Assembly: GCF_009914755.1 (NCBI RefSeq)
Contig: NC_060944.1
Direction: 5' to 3' (one strand)
Source of the DNA: the human T2T-CHM13v2.0 reference genome, Homo sapiens
DNA length: 64,000 nt
Made by a program: the position numbers and the translations under genes. Shown piece after piece: positions 58,511 through 64,000 of this stretch. The first letter of the stretch is position 1. Every line of letters starts with the position of its first letter. The notes beneath the pieces are model-generated. The model worked only from the letters and a program-made list of their open reading frames with translations. It had not been told where the DNA came from and searched no databases.

Positions 58511-61500
58511 AACTCCCTGCAAGCAGCAGAGCTGTAGAATACCAGAAATGGTCTTCCTTCCGAGGCTGCCGTTTTAAGTTCCAAGTGTGAAAGTAACCGA
58601 ATTTTGCTATGCTTAGAAATCTAAAATCTGGACATTCCCTGAAGAGTCAACTTAGAGTCCCCAGTTTCTCGATCTGGCTCCGTCCCACTGACTGACGCCT
58701 CCTGCCCACCCCGAAAGGATCCTGGAGCTGCGATCTCGCCAGACTCTATTCCTGGTGATCCACTGCTCTGCTATTTCCCATCAGGAAAAAGTCACCAAAC
58801 GAATGAACTAGCAAACGGCCCATTCTCGATGGATTTCTCCTCCACTCAGTAAAGCAGAATCCTCCTGTGGCTTGTTTCTCCACGCCTTATTTATGGAATG
58901 AGGGCCAAAAGAGAACAGGCTTGAATTGATGTGTATGAAATAGGAATATAGCTGTTCACTACTGCAAAATAGTTTGCACAACTTAAATTTAGGCAATGTT
59001 CCTAGTTCCTAGTTAAACTTTTTTAGAAGTCACCTAAACAATTACTGAAGGTTACATGGAATTTCAAAAAACGAAAGGCATTTCATTCAATTGCAAGTAA
59101 ACATTCTAAAGCAAAAACAAAACCAAACCCACCTCTCCCAGAAACTTCCATTACCTCTAAAGTTAAAAATAATAAAAACAAAAGTGATCCTGAAATCACA
59201 AAGTTATCTCAATACTTACTGGAGAGCGCAAATTCCTGATGGGATGTGAATGCAGTTCCCCAGTCTAGGCATCTTCTTTGAAACTTCCCCAGATGTTCAC
59301 CAAATCTCACTAGTAGTGAAAGGGTATTTATATTTTTAAAAATGTATCATCGTTCTCTGTCTCACTGGGTTGCAGGATAATAATAGTGTTTCAAAAAACT
59401 GTACTCAAATAATTAACATACAGGGTTTCATCCACACATTAGTGTTATGGTAAGCAGTGAGGGAGTATTATCCATGCTTTGAACTGTGTCTGCAATTTGT
59501 GTTGCCATCACATAATGCATTATTTTCTCTTCAGCACAAATTCACATCTAAAAATCCAATTGATAGGTCTTTATATAATTATGGCTCACAAATTTATTCT
59601 AAAAAGTCTTTTAAAATCATCAGTATTCAATGGAGTTAACAAAGCAAGTCTATGGAAGATGCTTGCATTTAGTGAACAGGATTGAGTCTCTGATTTGCTT
59701 TAAATTGAAAGTAAACAGTCGCTAGCCGAATGGAGATTGAACACAACATCTGTGTTGATAGAAGTCTGACTACTTGTTCTGACCATTAGGTTTTAGTTCT
59801 AGGCAAAGACTTAAATAGAAGACAACTGGGTTACACCCCCATCCTTCCATATACAAAACACCCTTCTTGTGTCCTTCAAAACTGCACACACTCGCACACA
59901 CAGCACTTCAATATACATCCCAACACAGATTACAGAAAAGTACCTGCAATCCCTCCGTTCCTCTCTGCAACTTTGACTCTGGCTTTTGGTTTCCGTGCCT
60001 CAATTGGAAAAGGTAAGTTAGATTGTTGTAAAACCCAAAAACATTTAGGAAAAGGTCACATCTGCTGAGTAAGCATTTTTGAAACAGGTTTGCTGTGGCC
60101 TCTGCCAAACTTTGAGGGGCCTTTGTTCCACTCAGACCCTGCGCCAGTCCTCCCTCTCAGTTGTGGAGACACTTATCCTCCTCTTCAGTTAATGAGTTTC
60201 ACCTAGTCTGGCCATTTGTATTTTTATAAAAGATCTGCAAAGCACTAATTGCAAAAAGAAGAAAACAGCTCGTTTTGCATTAATCAGAAGGTGGGATTCT
60301 ATGGTAAAAACATTTCTATTTTAAGCTTCAAGAATCAAACCTTTCCCTAATTTCAGGATATGCACACATACAGTCAGTCAGTCTCTGGGTATAGAATGTT
60401 AAGCCCTTTGCAGCAATTATTTCTGGCTTGGGGTTTTTTACTCTTTAAAGGAATGCTGAAAGGAATAAGATATGCCCACACAAAATACACTTCCAGAAAA
60501 TATTGTATATAAAAGTTGTTTCTTCTTAATGTGACATATTTCTTAAAGAAAGTGCACTTCTTCAGTCTAAAGGATTTTGTTCCAGAAATAAACTGTTCAT
60601 GAAGACTCATTTTCTTTAAATATGTTACCCGGAGCCCTTGGACTATAAGCTATTATTGTTTTTGTAGGTATTGGACTGTAACAAAAAACACTGCCAACCA
60701 TGTGGGCTTTTAGAACGTTTTCTAGAAGTAAAATTTCAGAATTATGGTACTATTGTGAGGAAATCAAACTAATATAAACAAACATTTTGAAATTTGGCAC
60801 ATCAATAATAGATTTGCTAGCTTAGTTAACATTTCTAAAGTCATTTCCATTAATATGCCAAAAACACCCCAAGTTGAGAGAATTTCCTGTGGGTGTACTG
60901 TAGCGTTTTCTTACAAATTTGTCTGCTCAGATTATTTGTTCTTACATAAAATGTTTTAAAAATTAGATCTCATTTTCTAAAAATTCTTTTACGGCCCCTT
61001 GATAAAGGGTGATTCCCTTGCTTCTTTAGTGTTTTTTCTCCCTCTGTGAAAGAAACTGGAGTTTTAAAAAATTACTATACAAGAGTCTAGAAAAAGTGCA
61101 AGTTTAACTTCTAAAACACCTTCTTATGAATTCAAGTTGCACATTCAGAAAAATGTTCTAACAATGAAGTGAAACACAATGTTTCAGCCCCAAGCTGTAA
61201 TTCTAAAATCTCAAATGTAGAAGAGGTTTAGGGTCTCCGGTAACTATTTGTTTTGATCATTTGCAAATCATGCTTTATCCATGTTATTTCTTTAATTTTC
61301 ATTAATTATTTATAAGCACAAATTCGTCAGCTTTTAGTATTTTTAGTCCACTACCAGTCATTTATGAGTAAACTGAGCTGTGTTGTCACATCATGACAAT
61401 TAGTATTTTAAAAACACACCAAGCCATGTATAAACTTAATGAAAAAGAAATGACCACTTGACTTTTAGAAAAAAGAACTTGTTTCTTTTAAGTTATATTT

Positions 61501-62023
61501 AAATATCCATTAGAAACATAGGAAATATAAATCGGCATATTAAAGAGTAAATACATTATTTGTACAATAAAACACCAACAAAACCAGTGCAACTCCTAAG
61601 TTCTAAATATGGTGGAAAAATTATATTGTAGTTACTTATTCCTTATATCTTGATTACAATTCAATAAATCACCTTTCTTCTTCTTGTCATGCTTTGAATA
61701 TAGATTAATTGATGTCAATTTTAGAAATTTTACTTGTTTGTTCTAGTACTTTATCAAGGTATTCAAATTCAGACAAGAAAATACCTCAAAGAGAGTAAAT
61801 ACCATGTTTACAGAAGGATAGGGTTATTTATTTTCTCAGTTGATGCTGGGAGACCAGATTTCATATACAAATAGTATACAACCTTTCTTATGGTGAGCTG
61901 CATCTTAGGGGGGAAAATCCTCTTTTAGGGTAACATACAAACACTCACTTGCCAAATAATCATCAAAACATTTTGAAATCAGCATTAAATTTAAAAAGCT
62001 CCATCAATCCATATAATCAGTAT

Positions 62024-62029
62024 TTTATT
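62024..62029 (-). terminator. NKX2-4: Candidate NKX2-4 polyadenylation signal
   Basis: AATAAA on - strand ~540 nt past the stop; a second one at 61827-61832. Confidence 0.55.
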
Positions 62030-62568
62030 TTGATTCCATTGCTCTATTACCTAAATGGCAATAATTCCTCTGCAATAATGTTGCTATGTGTATGATCCAC
62101 CTTGAGCTACACTTCAATTTACTTTCAATCAAACATTAATGAAATTGCACTTAGGGGGCCCTTCGAAAATTAATCTCCCAAGATAAATTCCACTTCAAAA
62201 AGGACTGATTGTTAAAGCTGGGTTGATTTTTATAGTTACAAACGCCAACAAAGTTTCCAACTTTGAGAGCTGTAGTTAAGAATGCCGTGTGAACTTCTCC
62301 ACCTTTTCGCGTCATTTAAGAACTTCTAGGAGGAGAAAATCACCACCTCAAAGCCTCGTGGCATAATGTTACACTACTCGGTTTCCGGGCTGTCGCTGTC
62401 CCCCGCCCCCAGCAAGAGGTTCACAGCCTGCTCCTCTCTGAGACCGGTTCGTTTTGAATCGCAGTTTACACGCGCGAGTCGGTTTTCGCATGCCTCCCCC
62501 ATCCGTTCTAGCAGTTTCTTGCAGACCCTTCGGGTGCACCAGGACCTAGCCCCGGGGCGCCCTCGCTG

Positions 62569-63191
62569 TCACCACGTCCTGCCATAGAGCAGGTTGGCGC
62601 CCAGGACGCCGCCGCTGTACTCCCCGGCGGCCGCGTCCAGGGCCGCCAGGCCGCCCCCCGGGCCGTGCAGCGCGGGTGGGCTGGGCGACAGCTCCTCCAG
62701 CTCAGGTGCTGGCGTCGGGGCCGGCGGCTGCGGACCGGCCTGGCCGGGGGTGGGCGTGCTGGCGCCGTTCTGGCACGGCTTGCCGTCCTTGACCAGCACA
62801 GGCACCGCCACGCGGCGCGGGGACGGCGGCGGAGGCGGCGGCGGGCCCAGGCCGCCCTCCTGCTGCAGCTGCTGCGCCGCCTTGTCCTTGGCCTGCCGTT
62901 TCATCTTGTACCGGTGGTTCTGGAACCAGATCTTGACCTGCGTGGGCGTCAGGTGGATCATGCTGGCCAGGTGCTCGCGCTCGGGCGCCGACAGGTACTT
63001 CTGCTGCTTGAAGCGCCGCTCCAGCTCGTAGACCTGCGCCTGCGAGAAGAGCACGCGGCGCTTCCTTCGCGGAGCGGCTGCCGCCGCCGCCGCGTGCAGC
63101 GGGCCCAGCGACTTGGCGGCGTCCGCGATGCCGGTCAGCGACCCCATGCCGGCCACATTCACGCCCGCCGACGGCCCCATGAACCTGGAGA
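62569..63191 (-). CDS. NKX2-4: NKX2-4 exon 2: NK2 homeodomain (62890-63069), NK2-specific domain, C-terminal GRTW
   Basis: [20 protein letters not shown]...[12 protein letters not shown] (Tyr54), [17 protein letters not shown]; cag acceptor at 63192-63194; synteny with XRN2. Confidence 0.96.
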
Positions 63192-63302
63192 CTGGGGAAG
63201 AGTCCCAAGGGGGAAGGCGAGTGAGCTCCAGGCCCGCCGGGAGCCGGTCCAGCCGCCGCTCTCTTCACGCCGCGGCCGCGACGCCGCCGGGCCCTCGCTG
63301 AA

Positions 63303-63540
63303 TCCCAAGACCCCCTGACCGCCGCGGCCTCCGGCCCCAGCACGCCCCGCGCGCCCTCGGCGGGTCCCAGAGCACCACGCCCTCAACGGGTCCCAGGACG
63401 CCGCGCGCGTTCCCGGTCAGGTCCCAGGACCCCCCGCGCGCCCAGGGTCCCCAGAAACCCCGCGCGTCCCGGGCCGCGTCCCAGGACGCCCCGCGCGCCC
63501 GCTCGGCCCCAGGACCTCCTAAGCCGCGCGCACCCCGTCC
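63303..63540. repeat. Degenerate ~30-bp GC-rich tandem repeat in the NKX2-4 intron
   Basis: Recurring gtcccaggacgccccgcgcgccc core, about 7 copies. Confidence 0.7.
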
Positions 63541-63615
63541 CGCGCCCCCGCGCCCCTCGGCTGTGGCGGGAAACGCCTGAGCCGCCCGCAGCCCCGCGCT
63601 CCTGGCCCCTCTCAC

Positions 63616-64000
63616 TTGACGAGTAGCGTGGGTCCGGGTTGGCGCCGTACCAGCCGGTGGCCGCGCCGCCCCGCATGCCGTCCGTGTAGGCGGGCAGCTC
63701 GCCCATGTTGCCCAGGCCGCCGTTGCAGTAGCTGCCCATGGCGCCGTGCGGGAACTGCGAGACGCCGGGCGGCATGTGGTAGGTGGCGGCCGCCGCCGCC
63801 GCAGCTGCTGCCGCCGCCGCCGCGGCCGCCGCGTTGTGACCCGCCATGGCGTGAGAAGGCTGCATGCCCGCCACGGTCGCCGCCTGCGAGGAGGGCCCAG
63901 GTGGCGGCGCGCGGTAGGCGGCCGCGGCCCCCAGGGGCGCCCCCAGGCCGGGTGGCGCGCCGTCCATGGCGCCGCTGAACTTCTTGTAGGTCTCCTCGAT
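63616..64000 (-). CDS. NKX2-4: NKX2-4 exon 1, partial (IEETYKKF...DPRYSS); 5' part lies outside the window
   Basis: Open frame with NKX2-1-like YCNG-LGNM motif; donor A|gtgag at 63615; phase 1 joins exon 2 (I-SRFM). Confidence 0.95.

Larger units (their letters stand above)
62360..64000. promoter_or_regulatory. CpG island over the NKX2-4 gene body
   Basis: Very high GC and CpG density. Confidence 0.9.

Noticed and set aside
58083-58590. + strand ORFs of 88-113 aa
   Set aside because: Expected by chance in a CpG island; low-complexity translations.
62594-63978. Long overlapping ORFs (145, 217, 213, 116, 120 aa) around NKX2-4
   Set aside because: Shadow frames of GC-rich coding/CpG-island DNA where stops are rare; no recognisable domains.

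Overview
Human-type (Alu/L1/L2/MIR-rich) genomic DNA that I recognise as the XRN2 / NKX2-4 locus (20p11). The + strand carries the last 21 coding exons of XRN2, the nuclear 5'-3' exoribonuclease 2. By my hand-splicing these give 1995 nt, all GT-AG and in frame, ending ...GRYNWN* at 55994, followed by a 3'UTR with two AATAAA signals. The - strand carries NKX2-4 (exon 2 complete, exon 1 running off the window), convergent with XRN2. The introns contain about 17 Alus, L1/L2/MIR/hAT relics and a piggyBac MITE (MER85). The main unexplained signal is a long series of exon-like segments on the - strand from about 57.8 kb down to about 24.5 kb. They have AG/GT ends, largely phase-compatible junctions, protein-like translations and scattered stops or frameshifts. 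I interpret this as a decayed multi-exon gene (candidate unitary pseudogene) antisense to XRN2, possibly once driven from the orphan CpG island at about 58.1-58.5 kb. I could not identify its protein, and it needs comparative confirmation.
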